Part shown: positions 27,265 to 36,336 of the stretch, in pieces | How the letters are laid out: every line of letters begins with the position of its first letter | How positions within the stretch are numbered: the first letter of the stretch is position 1 | NCBI GenBank assembly: GCA_965140445.1 | Contig: OZ223236.1 | Span: 4,064,001 to 4,128,000 of the forward strand | Length of the DNA: 64,000 nucleotides | DNA from: Candidatus Ozemobacteraceae bacterium | Lineage (GTDB): Bacteria; Muiribacteriota; Ozemobacteria; Ozemobacterales; Ozemobacteraceae | Reading direction: 5' to 3' | Made by a program: the position numbers and the translations under genes | The notes under the pieces: generated by a model | What the model was told of the DNA's origin: nothing | Seen by the model: the letters and a program-made list of their open reading frames with translations, nothing else | The model's database searches: none

Positions 27265-30021
27265 ATGATTCGATCATTATTCACGGGAGTAACGGGTCTC
27301 AAAAATTTCCAGACAAAAATGGACGTTCTCAGTAATAATATTGCGAACGTAAATACTACGGCATATAAAAGAGGTCGCGTAATGTTCCAGGACCTCTTCT
27401 CTGAAACATTAAGACACGGGCAGCAAGCCTTTGGTGAATATGGCGGACTCAACCCAATGCAGGTTGGTCTTGGTGTAAAAACAGCAGCCATTGACACTTT
27501 AATGGATCAAGGGGCAATTGAAGGAACTGGAAAACAAACTGACATAGCTATCGAAGGTGCTGGATTCTTTGCAGTTCGAGGCTATGACGGAAACCTCTAC
27601 TACACCAGAGATGGTAACTTAAACGTTAACCCAAACTACGACATGGTTATGACCAACACTGGATTTAAAATGCAAGGTTGGCTATCAACGCAAGATCCAG
27701 TAACTGGAAACCTTGAATTAAAAGAGACTGGTGTAGTTCCATACGATATTAATATTACCAAGTACCTAAAGAAACATGCTCATCAGACAAACTCAGTAAC
27801 CTATTCCTGTAACCTGGATCAGGGCTCGGCTGAAAGAGACATTAAATTAGGCCTTGATACTCTTACTTTTAAGGACAGCGAAGGCAACTTTCAGAATCTA
27901 AAGTTCAAGTTTAAGAAATTAGATTCTCAAAACTGGATATGGTCAGCAGTTGACGAAACAGAAGGTAACGTTGCAACAGGAACCATGAAAACTGACGCAG
28001 ACGGAAACGTTATTGAAAGTACAGTGGAGCCCGCAGGCGCAACTTCCAGCATAGGTGCCCCATACTTTACTTATGATCCAGATGGAAACCCTCAACCAGC
28101 TACTTCAACAATGCCAATTAATGCGATAGCAAACACTGGCACTGGAATAAGCTCTGGTGTTAATGCCACTGGCAATGAAATCAAGGACGAAACCGTTCAA
28201 GTAATTTTTGACGGTGGTGACCCAACCAGAGCCACTTCTTATAGAGTTGTTGGTTCTGAACGTGGATTCATAGGCGCAGGAACTCTGGGCGGAGAACAAG
28301 CCCGTTTACAAGGCACTCCAGTAGCGTTTGGTGCAAACTGGACTCCAGCTGCCAATACATCGTTTGATATTTCAGATCACCAGTTCAATCCACCCCTCAC
28401 GGCTACGGTTAACTTTACTGGTGGGCAGGTTTATTCAACATCTCAAATAGCTGACAATATCAACAGTTCAATGAAAGCTAATGGAGTTAGAGCGACCTGT
28501 TACTATGACTCAGTTACAATGCAGTTCCAGATTGTAAGTAATGACTCTGGTAGTAACCGAGATCTTGAAATCTCTAATCCAGTAGGAAACTTTGCAGACC
28601 TTGGACTAACAGCAGAAAGAGTTGTTGGAACAGGCGGCGCAAGACCAGAAGTTTTTAGTAGCAATGCACTTGCACTTGCTAACGCAACCGCATACGATCC
28701 TTCTAATGACGTCTGGGATCCGTCGAGCGATGTGGCTTTTACTATAACAGACAGAACAGGAAACTCTGCAATCATTCGTTTTGACGACCAGGTAGCTGGA
28801 GCAAACCAGATTTATACAAGAGGAGCTATTCTCGCTGAAATCAACTCAAAGCTTGCTCAGGAAAATGTTAGTGCAACTGCCTCATTCATTGACACTAACA
28901 ACGATGGAAGCCCTGATCAGCTTACAATAACAGGTAATCGTTCCGGTTCAGGAGAAAAAGTAACTTTATCTGGTGACAACAGCATGAATCAGCTTGGCCT
29001 TTCACAGGGTGAAACCAGAGGAACTGCTGCAATCAGCGACTTTGCATATGGTGGATTAGAGTTCACACTAACAGAAGGCGACAACCCATGGCTTCCAAAC
29101 GAAACAATGAGTTTTGCTACTACCGCTGAAAAAGGTGCAGCAGATTCAGTAAATATCTTCGTTCCTCAACCTTCTGCTGATATGGTTAAATTTAGCACCA
29201 CAGTAAATGGCGAAACATTTGAAATTTCCGGAGCAGTAAACGAAGGTGCCAAACACTCTACAAACATTATAGTTTACGATTCACTTGGTGGAGCCCATGG
29301 ACTTGTAACAACCTGGGAACACACAAACTCAGAAACCCAGGAATGGGTTTACAAAATGAGTTATTCTGATGATGATCCTGAAATTGTTAACTGGTTAAAA
29401 GACCCAGCGAACAATATTGCTGACCCAGAAGCTCCCACAGACGCAGATCTGGAAAGAGCAAACGACGCACTTCTCAAAAATCGTGAAGGAACAATTTATT
29501 TCCATGAAAATGGTAAAATTGATTCGGGAAGATCTTTTGTTCCGGTATTGGAATTCCAGCCTCAGGGAAGTAACAAAGTTTCAATTAATCTGAATACAGA
29601 TTTAATTACTCAGTTCAGTTCAGATTTCACTACTAAAGCTGAATATCAAGACGGATATGAAATGGGTCTATTGGAACAGGTTTATTTTGAAGATGATGGA
29701 ATTATCAGAGGTGTATACTCAAATGGTCAAAAACAACCAATTGGTCAAATTGCCGTAACAACTTTCAGAAATCCAGGTGGACTTGAAAAAACAGGTAAAA
29801 ACCTTTATGAATTTTCTCCAAACTCTGGACAACCTGTTGTTGGAAAGGCAGGAATGCAGGATCGTGGTGTAATTGTTCCAGCTTCACTTGAAATGAGTAA
29901 CGTCGATATCTCAGAAGAATTCACCAACATGATTGTTACGCAAAGAGCGTTTCAGGCCAATTCACGTGTAATCACAACCTCAGACGAAATTCTTCAGGAA
30001 GTTGTTAACCTTAAACGATAG
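27265..30021 (+). CDS. flgE: Flagellar hook protein, unusually long (918 aa)
   Basis: MIRSLFTGVTGL...NNIANVNT, YTRDGNL, QDGYEMG, LEMSNVDISEEFTNMIVTQRAFQANSRVITTSD. Confidence 0.95.
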   Translation: MIRSLFTGVTGLKNFQTKMDVLSNNIANVNTTAYKRGRVMFQDLFSETLRHGQQAFGEYGGLNPMQVGLGVKTAAIDTLMDQGAIEGTGKQTDIAIEGAGFFAVRGYDGNLYYTRDGNLNVNPNYDMVMTNTGFKMQGWLSTQDPVTGNLELKETGVVPYDINITKYLKKHAHQTNSVTYSCNLDQGSAERDIKLGLDTLTFKDSEGNFQNLKFKFKKLDSQNWIWSAVDETEGNVATGTMKTDADGNVIESTVEPAGATSSIGAPYFTYDPDGNPQPATSTMPINAIANTGTGISSGVNATGNEIKDETVQVIFDGGDPTRATSYRVVGSERGFIGAGTLGGEQARLQGTPVAFGANWTPAANTSFDISDHQFNPPLTATVNFTGGQVYSTSQIADNINSSMKANGVRATCYYDSVTMQFQIVSNDSGSNRDLEISNPVGNFADLGLTAERVVGTGGARPEVFSSNALALANATAYDPSNDVWDPSSDVAFTITDRTGNSAIIRFDDQVAGANQIYTRGAILAEINSKLAQENVSATASFIDTNNDGSPDQLTITGNRSGSGEKVTLSGDNSMNQLGLSQGETRGTAAISDFAYGGLEFTLTEGDNPWLPNETMSFATTAEKGAADSVNIFVPQPSADMVKFSTTVNGETFEISGAVNEGAKHSTNIIVYDSLGGAHGLVTTWEHTNSETQEWVYKMSYSDDDPEIVNWLKDPANNIADPEAPTDADLERANDALLKNREGTIYFHENGKIDSGRSFVPVLEFQPQGSNKVSINLNTDLITQFSSDFTTKAEYQDGYEMGLLEQVYFEDDGIIRGVYSNGQKQPIGQIAVTTFRNPGGLEKTGKNLYEFSPNSGQPVVGKAGMQDRGVIVPASLEMSNVDISEEFTNMIVTQRAFQANSRVITTSDEILQEVVNLKR

Positions 30022-30036
30022 GATAATTAATTAAGC

Positions 30037-30282
30037 ATGATTCAATTGACACGAATTAACCAAAAAAAATTCTACCTTAATCCTGAATTAGTAGAAAACA
30101 TTGAATCATGCCCCGATACTGTAATAACTTTAATTTCTGGAAAAACACTAATGGTATTAGAATCCGTGAGTCTGGTAGTAAAGCGAATAATGCGATACAA
30201 GCGCCAGATTCACGGACTACGCCCATTAAAGAAAAGATCTGCGGAAAAAAATAATTCACGCAGTGCACAAAAAAACTCTTAA
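30037..30282 (+). CDS. flbD: Flagellar FlbD family protein
   Basis: MIQLTRIN..FYLNPELVENIESCPDTVITL. Confidence 0.92.
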   Translation: MIQLTRINQKKFYLNPELVENIESCPDTVITLISGKTLMVLESVSLVVKRIMRYKRQIHGLRPLKKRSAEKNNSRSAQKNS

Positions 30283-30298
30283 AACGTCTGTATCAATA

Positions 30299-30328
30299 TT
30301 GACTTGGCCGTTTTAAGCATGGTAGGTT
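30299..30328 (+). promoter_or_regulatory. Putative internal sigma-70 promoter before fliL
   Basis: TTGACT-N18-TAGGTT with TGn extension. Confidence 0.35.
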
Positions 30329-30336
30329 TATAAACT

Positions 30337-30804
30337 ATGTCTTCAAAAACCAAATTAATTCTTATAGTTCTTGCAGTTATGTTGCTTGTACTTGTAGTTG
30401 TTGGTGTTGCCTACATGACAACACGAAAGGCTATAACAGGACCAGGCGGAGCACCTTCTCCACCACCTGTACAAGAAGAAATAGCTACTTCCCCTAAGAT
30501 GGGCAGATTTGATCTGGGTGAATTTATCGCAACTTCAAGAGACGAGGAACTTCATTATGTGAAGATTCAGGTAGAAGTTGGATATGTTGGAAACCTGGAG
30601 CAAGAGCTAGAAGAAAGAAAAGCCGAATTGCGTGATGCAATCACAACAATTTTAATGAAACTCAATATTCAAAGGGCAAAAGAAGATTACATCGACCACT
30701 TTTTGCACAAGGATATTGAAAAAGAACTAAACAGAATTCTAGGGAAATCAACTTCGGAGAGTCGAATTATCAAAGTTTTTATTCCTACCTTTCTAATAAA
30801 TTAA
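30337..30804 (+). CDS. fliL: Flagellar basal body-associated protein
   Basis: Single N-terminal TM; FDLGEFIA...HYVKIQV...ELRDAI; directly upstream of fliM. Confidence 0.85.
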   Translation: MSSKTKLILIVLAVMLLVLVVVGVAYMTTRKAITGPGGAPSPPPVQEEIATSPKMGRFDLGEFIATSRDEELHYVKIQVEVGYVGNLEQELEERKAELRDAITTILMKLNIQRAKEDYIDHFLHKDIEKELNRILGKSTSESRIIKVFIPTFLIN

Positions 30805-30825
30805 AACAGAGTCAGATTTAGCTAA

Positions 30826-31923
30826 ATGGTAGATACGTTATCTCAAAGTGAAATTGATGCACTGCTGTCTGCACTAAGCACTGGAGCAGAAGAAGAAGCC
30901 CCACCTCCAGGAGGGGGGACATATTCTGAAGACACTCCTAGCCAACGCAGAAAAGATGCTGCTGCAAGCAAGCTTGCTCTTTTTGGCCTGGATGAAGATG
31001 ATGATCCAGATAAACCAAAAAGAATTGAGAAACGCTATGATTTCAAGCGCCAAACAAAATTTTCAAAAGAACAACTTGGAACTATTCAATTAATTCATGA
31101 AACTTTTGCCCGGTTAGTTGGAACAGATCTATCAACAAAACTAAGAGCATATGCCCAGGCTACAATCATTGCTGTTGAACAAAAAACTTTTGAAGAGTTA
31201 ATCCATTCAATCTACAATCCTACATTTATTTCAATTTTCCGCTCAGACAATCTTGATGGAAAAGCCTTAATTGACATAAATTTGAATATTGTTTTTACAA
31301 TTTTAGATAGATTACTTGGTGGTAATGGAACTCCGCTTGGGCAACTTCGACAAGTAACAGAAGTAGAAAAACAAATCATGCAAAAAGTCATGGTTGGGAT
31401 TCTTGATCGCTTACGCGAAGCCTGGATCAATATCATAGACTTCGCACCAACTCTGGAATTAGTAGAGTCGAATCCCCAGTTTGCTCAGATAGTTCCTCCT
31501 GGCGACATGACTCTTTCTATAACTATAGAGTTAAAGATTCATGATGTCACAGGTGTAATGACTCTATGTATACCTTACAATACGGTTGAACCTATAGTTC
31601 ATAAATTCAATGCAGCGTCCTGGTTTGCAGCTGTCCGTAAAGAACCAATGCAAACTAACGTCGACGCTATCAGCAGCCAGGTAAAAGAAGTTCATCTTCC
31701 GGTGATTGCTGAACTTGGCTCTACAATAGTAAATCTACAAGACATCCTCGGTCTACAACCAGGCGATATCCTCGTTACAGATCAGTTGGTTCAAAAAGAT
31801 TTATGCATTAAAGTTGGAAATCTGGTTAAATTTAACGGTCGCCCAGGTATCCTCGGTAAGAAAATGGCCATATCAATAACGAATGTTGTCGACCCCCCTG
31901 ATCAGGAGGAGGAATTAGAGTGA
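30826..31923 (+). CDS. fliM: Flagellar motor switch protein
   Basis: LSQSEIDALL, YDFKRQTKFSKEQ, DRLLGG, ESNPQFAQIV, C-terminal SpoA domain. Confidence 0.95.
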   Translation: MVDTLSQSEIDALLSALSTGAEEEAPPPGGGTYSEDTPSQRRKDAAASKLALFGLDEDDDPDKPKRIEKRYDFKRQTKFSKEQLGTIQLIHETFARLVGTDLSTKLRAYAQATIIAVEQKTFEELIHSIYNPTFISIFRSDNLDGKALIDINLNIVFTILDRLLGGNGTPLGQLRQVTEVEKQIMQKVMVGILDRLREAWINIIDFAPTLELVESNPQFAQIVPPGDMTLSITIELKIHDVTGVMTLCIPYNTVEPIVHKFNAASWFAAVRKEPMQTNVDAISSQVKEVHLPVIAELGSTIVNLQDILGLQPGDILVTDQLVQKDLCIKVGNLVKFNGRPGILGKKMAISITNVVDPPDQEEELE

Positions 31924-33254
31924 ACGACCTATTATCACAAGAAGAAATTGATGCATTGTTAAATGCAGGATCTGACTCTGGGGGAGATGAAATTCCCGCA
32001 GAGACGCCGGCGGACGATCCGCCAGTTGCAGCCGCGCCTTCAGGCGGTGGCGCTTCTGGTGGAAGCTCTGGCAATTCAGGCAAATCAAGTGCATCACATC
32101 AGCTAAGCCAGGAAGCCCTTGACCAACTAACCGAGGTCGCCAAACTATCACTAGGAGCGACATCTTCTGTTGTTCAAGTTCTTCTCAACAAGGAAATTGA
32201 GATAACCCTTGATCAGGTAAGAGTTGTAAGTTTTGACGAACTGGCCAGCGAAGGTGCTGACGAAGAATACGTTTTGGCAAAAATTGCTTACGTAGAAGGC
32301 TTCGACGGCAATTCCTATCTAATGTTAAAAAAGAGTATTTCAGCTATCATTGGCGACTTAATGATGGGTGGAGAAGGAATTGGCGCGGAATTTCAAGAAA
32401 TGCACACCTCAGCAGTTTGCGAAATGATGAACCAGATGATGGGGAAAACCACCACAACCCTATCAGAGATTTTCAAAAAAAGAGTTGACATTTCACCTCC
32501 AGAGGTGGAAGTGGTCATTTACCAAAATGGACCACCTAATTTCCCAGATTTTGGTGAAGATGCCGGCTTTCTTCGAATTGGTTACAATTTGAAGATTGGC
32601 GACCTGGCAGAAACAGAAATGGTTCAGCTTCTTCCAGCTGACTTTGCAAAGTCTATGGCTGCAGAGCTAACCAAACCAGAAAAAGCTCCACCAAAACCTC
32701 AGCCAGCAGCGCCTCCTCCCCAGCAGCAACAACAACCGCAACCCCAACCTCAAGGCGGCATGCCTGGGCAAATGCCAGGAATGGGAATGCCCGGACAGAT
32801 GCCGGGAATGGGAATGCCTGGACAGATGCCGGGAATGGGAATGCAAGGACAGATGCCGGGAATGGGAATGCCCGGACAAATGCCCATGCAGGGACAGATG
32901 CCAGGAATGGGAATGCCCGGACAAATGCCGGGAATGGGAATGCAAGGAAATCCTGCAGAATTTGGAATGCTCCAAATGCCCATGGGCGTTGGATTACAAT
33001 CAAATATCGATCTTCTTTTAGACGTGCCTTTGCAAATAACAGTTGAATTAGGCAGGACCCGTATGTTAATAAAAGAAGTTCTTGAATTGGGTATTGGTTC
33101 TGTAGTAGAGTTAAACAAGTTAGCGGGCGAGGCCGTTGAAGTGTTCGTAAATAATAAACTAATTGCCAAAGGTGAAGTTGTTGTTATTGATGAAAACTTT
33201 GCGGTTCGTATTACTAACATAATCAATCCACAAGATAGACTCCAGGCTCTCTAA
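31920..33254 (+). CDS. fliY: Flagellar switch phosphatase FliY (CheC-like + FliN domain)
   Basis: LSQEEIDALL, DLMMGG, SAVCEMMNQMMG, C-terminal LLDVPLQITVELGRT...GEVVVIDENFAVRI. Confidence 0.92.
   Translation: MNDLLSQEEIDALLNAGSDSGGDEIPAETPADDPPVAAAPSGGGASGGSSGNSGKSSASHQLSQEALDQLTEVAKLSLGATSSVVQVLLNKEIEITLDQVRVVSFDELASEGADEEYVLAKIAYVEGFDGNSYLMLKKSISAIIGDLMMGGEGIGAEFQEMHTSAVCEMMNQMMGKTTTTLSEIFKKRVDISPPEVEVVIYQNGPPNFPDFGEDAGFLRIGYNLKIGDLAETEMVQLLPADFAKSMAAELTKPEKAPPKPQPAAPPPQQQQQPQPQPQGGMPGQMPGMGMPGQMPGMGMPGQMPGMGMQGQMPGMGMPGQMPMQGQMPGMGMPGQMPGMGMQGNPAEFGMLQMPMGVGLQSNIDLLLDVPLQITVELGRTRMLIKEVLELGIGSVVELNKLAGEAVEVFVNNKLIAKGEVVVIDENFAVRITNIINPQDRLQAL
32766..32945 (+). repeat. 27-nt in-frame tandem repeat in fliY linker
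   Basis: Six GQMPGMGM(P/Q) units plus one 6-aa partial unit. Confidence 0.9.
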
Positions 33255-33271
33255 GGAGACTCACCGATCCG

Positions 33272-33634
33272 ATGGGGAAAACAATTTTAATAGTAGACGA
33301 TGCAGCCTTTATGCGCATGATGATTAAGGACATTCTTAGCAAGAATGGCTACGATGTCCTTGGCGAAGCACAAACTGGCAAGGAAGCGGTTGAGCTTTAT
33401 CAAAAGCTTAAACCAGACTTGGTTACCATGGACATTACCATGCCCGAAATGAATGGTATTGACGCGGTTAAAGCCATAAAGAAAATTGACCCGACTGCAA
33501 GAATTATTATGTGCAGTGCAATGGGACAACAGGCTATGGTTATTGACGCGATTCAAGCTGGTGCCAGAGATTTTGTAGTAAAACCCTTCCAGCCCAACCG
33601 AGTTTTAGAAGCTGTTCAAAAAGCTTTACGCTAG
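33272..33634 (+). CDS. cheY: Chemotaxis response regulator
   Basis: ILIVDDAAFMRMMIKDIL, MDITMPEMNG, CSAMGQQ, VKPF. Confidence 0.95.
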   Translation: MGKTILIVDDAAFMRMMIKDILSKNGYDVLGEAQTGKEAVELYQKLKPDLVTMDITMPEMNGIDAVKAIKKIDPTARIIMCSAMGQQAMVIDAIQAGARDFVVKPFQPNRVLEAVQKALR

Positions 33635-33644
33635 CCATCTTCAA

Positions 33645-34337
33645 GTGCGCTTAAATAAAATCTGGTCAACATTATTTTTATTAATAATGCTGACAAACCT
33701 TTTGAATGCTGAATCCGTTGCCTCGTTAGGCAACGGTTTATCTATTTCCCAACCTATTGAAGCGATATCGGCTTCACAAACACCCAATCAAACAGCAACA
33801 ATACCTTTTTTCCTTCAAAACGAAGGAAATCCAACAAATTCGCCATTCACCCTTCCAGCCTCAGATCCTTTTGGATCTGTATTGAGAATTATTTCATCTC
33901 TAATTGCAGTTATAATTCTCGCGCTAGCTTTAAGCTGGATTCTTCAAAAAAAAGGTGGATTTGGAAGCAATGTTTTTGGCAAAGTTCTAGGAATTCTACC
34001 TCTAGATAACAAAAGATTTATATATCTGGTTGATATTATGGGCAAGGTGTTAGTTCTAGGAGTTACAGATTCAAACATTAATCTGCTAAGCGAGATTACT
34101 GATAAAGCCACCATTGATTCTTTAAGATTCCAAAATGAAACCCCCGGAATGATCCCAGGAGTTGAAAAAGTTTTTTCTTTTCTCAAAAAAAATAGAAAAC
34201 AGTTTGATGGCGCAGAAGATTCTGAAAAGTTACCTATCTCTGACCCTGACGTAAAGAAACAGACAGATAAAAACACAGACAGAATAAGCAAAATCAAAGA
34301 TATGCTTATTAAAAGAAACGATTCAGAGGACAAATAA
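33645..34337 (+). CDS. fliO: Flagellar biosynthesis protein FliO/FliZ
   Basis: TM then VLGILPLDNKRFIYLVDIMGKVLVLGVTDSNINLL; upstream of fliP. Confidence 0.85.
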   Translation: MRLNKIWSTLFLLIMLTNLLNAESVASLGNGLSISQPIEAISASQTPNQTATIPFFLQNEGNPTNSPFTLPASDPFGSVLRIISSLIAVIILALALSWILQKKGGFGSNVFGKVLGILPLDNKRFIYLVDIMGKVLVLGVTDSNINLLSEITDKATIDSLRFQNETPGMIPGVEKVFSFLKKNRKQFDGAEDSEKLPISDPDVKKQTDKNTDRISKIKDMLIKRNDSEDK

Positions 34338-34427
34338 AAATTCCATCTTGCACAACGGTGCCCCATATTGTATAAAAAGTAAGGGCATGTGCCCCACATC
34401 TATTTTTTGTGAGTTATATACTACAAA

Positions 34428-35294
34428 ATGCACCGATTCTTTGATTCAACAAGATTTTGTCTCGTACTGGCAGTAGCTAGCCTAATTGCCATTTTGTGTT
34501 GCCCAAGCCCTTCATTCGCGCAACAGCAAGACCTCTCGAATCCAAGAGCAAGAGTAAATGTTTCTGACTCAACCGATGTAGATAAAATACAACGTCAGAA
34601 CACACCCTTCCCAATTCCTTCAATCAGCATTCAAGTTGATCCTTCAAGAGAGCGAGGACAACTAGGAACAGGCCTACAGGTTTTAATTCTATTAACAATT
34701 CTAAGCCTGGCCCCATCAATTTTAATAATGCTAACGAGCTTTACCAGAATTTTAATTGTTTTGAGTTTTGTCAGACGCGCACTTGGAACACAACAGGAAC
34801 CAAGCAATCAAATAATTATTGGTCTTGCCCTCTTCATTACATTTTTCACAATGTCACCAGTTATTGATCAAATTTACCAAAATGCATTTCAGCCATACAT
34901 TGCAAGAGACATAAATTATGTTCAAGCATACAATAGAGCAATTTCTCCCATAAGAGAATTTATGTTTAAGCATACCCGCAAAACCGACTTAGCTCTTTTT
35001 GCAGGAATGGAAGGTGGAGCAAAGCCTCAAACAAAGGAAGATTTCAGCACACTCGCTCTAGTCCCTTCCTTCATAACGAGTGAATTAAGAACAGCTTTTC
35101 AAATGGGCGTTATAATTTACCTGCCATTTCTGGTAATCGATATGGTTGTCGCCAGCATATTGATGTCAATGGGAATGATTATGCTGCCCCCTGTAATGAT
35201 ATCCCTTCCCTTTAAAATTCTTTTATTTGTTATGGTTGACGGGTGGAATCTGGTTATAAAATCACTTGTTGTAAGCTTTGGGGGTAACGCATGA
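34428..35294 (+). CDS. fliP: Flagellar export pore protein
   Basis: LSLAPSILIMLTSFTRI, YLPFLVIDMVVASILMSMGMIMLPP, PFKILLFVMVDGW. Confidence 0.97.
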   Translation: MHRFFDSTRFCLVLAVASLIAILCCPSPSFAQQQDLSNPRARVNVSDSTDVDKIQRQNTPFPIPSISIQVDPSRERGQLGTGLQVLILLTILSLAPSILIMLTSFTRILIVLSFVRRALGTQQEPSNQIIIGLALFITFFTMSPVIDQIYQNAFQPYIARDINYVQAYNRAISPIREFMFKHTRKTDLALFAGMEGGAKPQTKEDFSTLALVPSFITSELRTAFQMGVIIYLPFLVIDMVVASILMSMGMIMLPPVMISLPFKILLFVMVDGWNLVIKSLVVSFGGNA

Positions 35295-35557
35295 CGGAAT
35301 ATACCCTATACGAAATGTTTAAAGAAACAATATTTTTAGCCTTTACACTTTCGGCTCCCATATTAATTCTGGGAATGCTTATAGGTATTGCAGTAAGCAT
35401 TTTTCAAACGGCCACCTCAATTCAAGAACAAAGTTTAACCTTTATTCCAAAGTTAATGGTTACCGCTCTTGCTCTTGTTGGGTTAGCCCCATGGATGCTA
35501 ACCAAACTAATGCAATTTACCATGAAACTCCTCGGGCATCTTCAAGAGTTTAGATAG
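35291..35557 (+). CDS. fliQ: Flagellar export protein
   Basis: IFQTATSIQEQSLTFIPK. Confidence 0.95.
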   Translation: MTEYTLYEMFKETIFLAFTLSAPILILGMLIGIAVSIFQTATSIQEQSLTFIPKLMVTALALVGLAPWMLTKLMQFTMKLLGHLQEFR

Positions 35558-35559
35558 TA

Positions 35560-36336
35560 ATGACTGAAGCTTTTTTTTTAAAATCTGTAGGAATGTTCTT
35601 GATTGCACTGGTTAGGTTCAGTGGCTTTTTTATCAACATGCCTGTTTTTGGAGAATCATTCATCCCGATGCAAGTTAAAGCTGGCCTATCAGCAATTTGT
35701 GCGGGAATCGTTTTGCCCCACCTATTGGTAACCCAGGATCTGCCAGAATTAAGCGTTCTCGGTTATGGGCTAATGATTCTAAGAGAACTGATCCTCGGCT
35801 TTTCAATGGGATTCATGGTTTTAATACTAACCGATATTCTAAAATTCGCCGGACAGTTAATAGGGATGCAAATAGGCTTTTCTTTTGTTCAGGTAGCAGA
35901 TCCCGGGTCAAATATAAGCCAGGGGATCGTTTCAGAATTTTTTCAACTTGCCGGCGTTTTAACTTTCATAATGATAGGCGGACACCTTCTCGTTCTTCAG
36001 GCTTTCTATCAGAGCTTTGATATGATACCACTAGCAGGAATGAAGCTACCCTCTGGAATCGTGCAATTAGTAACCAACTACACCGGAATGATATTTGTTA
36101 CCGGAATTCAAATAGCCATGCCAATAATTGGAGTGATTCTTGTTGGCGATGTAGGCCTTGGAATCATTGCACGAACTGTCCCGAAAATGAATGTTTTTCA
36201 AATAGGTTTTGCATTAAAAATTCTAATGGGACTAACAATCATAACCATTTTAATGCCATTTTTAGGAGACTTGATTAAAAATCTAATTCAGTTAAGCCTT
36301 GGACACATAAACACCATGCTTAACGCTATGAAATAG
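35560..36336 (+). CDS. fliR: Flagellar export protein
   Basis: RFSGFFINMPVFG, AGQLIGMQIGF, GGH, ARTVPKMNVF. Confidence 0.95.
   Translation: MTEAFFLKSVGMFLIALVRFSGFFINMPVFGESFIPMQVKAGLSAICAGIVLPHLLVTQDLPELSVLGYGLMILRELILGFSMGFMVLILTDILKFAGQLIGMQIGFSFVQVADPGSNISQGIVSEFFQLAGVLTFIMIGGHLLVLQAFYQSFDMIPLAGMKLPSGIVQLVTNYTGMIFVTGIQIAMPIIGVILVGDVGLGIIARTVPKMNVFQIGFALKILMGLTIITILMPFLGDLIKNLIQLSLGHINTMLNAMK

Noticed and set aside
30304..30320. Sigma-54 promoter before fliL (TTGGC...AAGCA)
   Set aside because: GG to GC spacing is 9 nt rather than the required 10
32653..33226. Repetitive antisense ORFs (His/Ser-rich, Cys/Pro-rich) and a possible CRISPR-like array
   Set aside because: They are reverse readings of the in-frame 27-nt fliY repeat; no spacers and no cas genes
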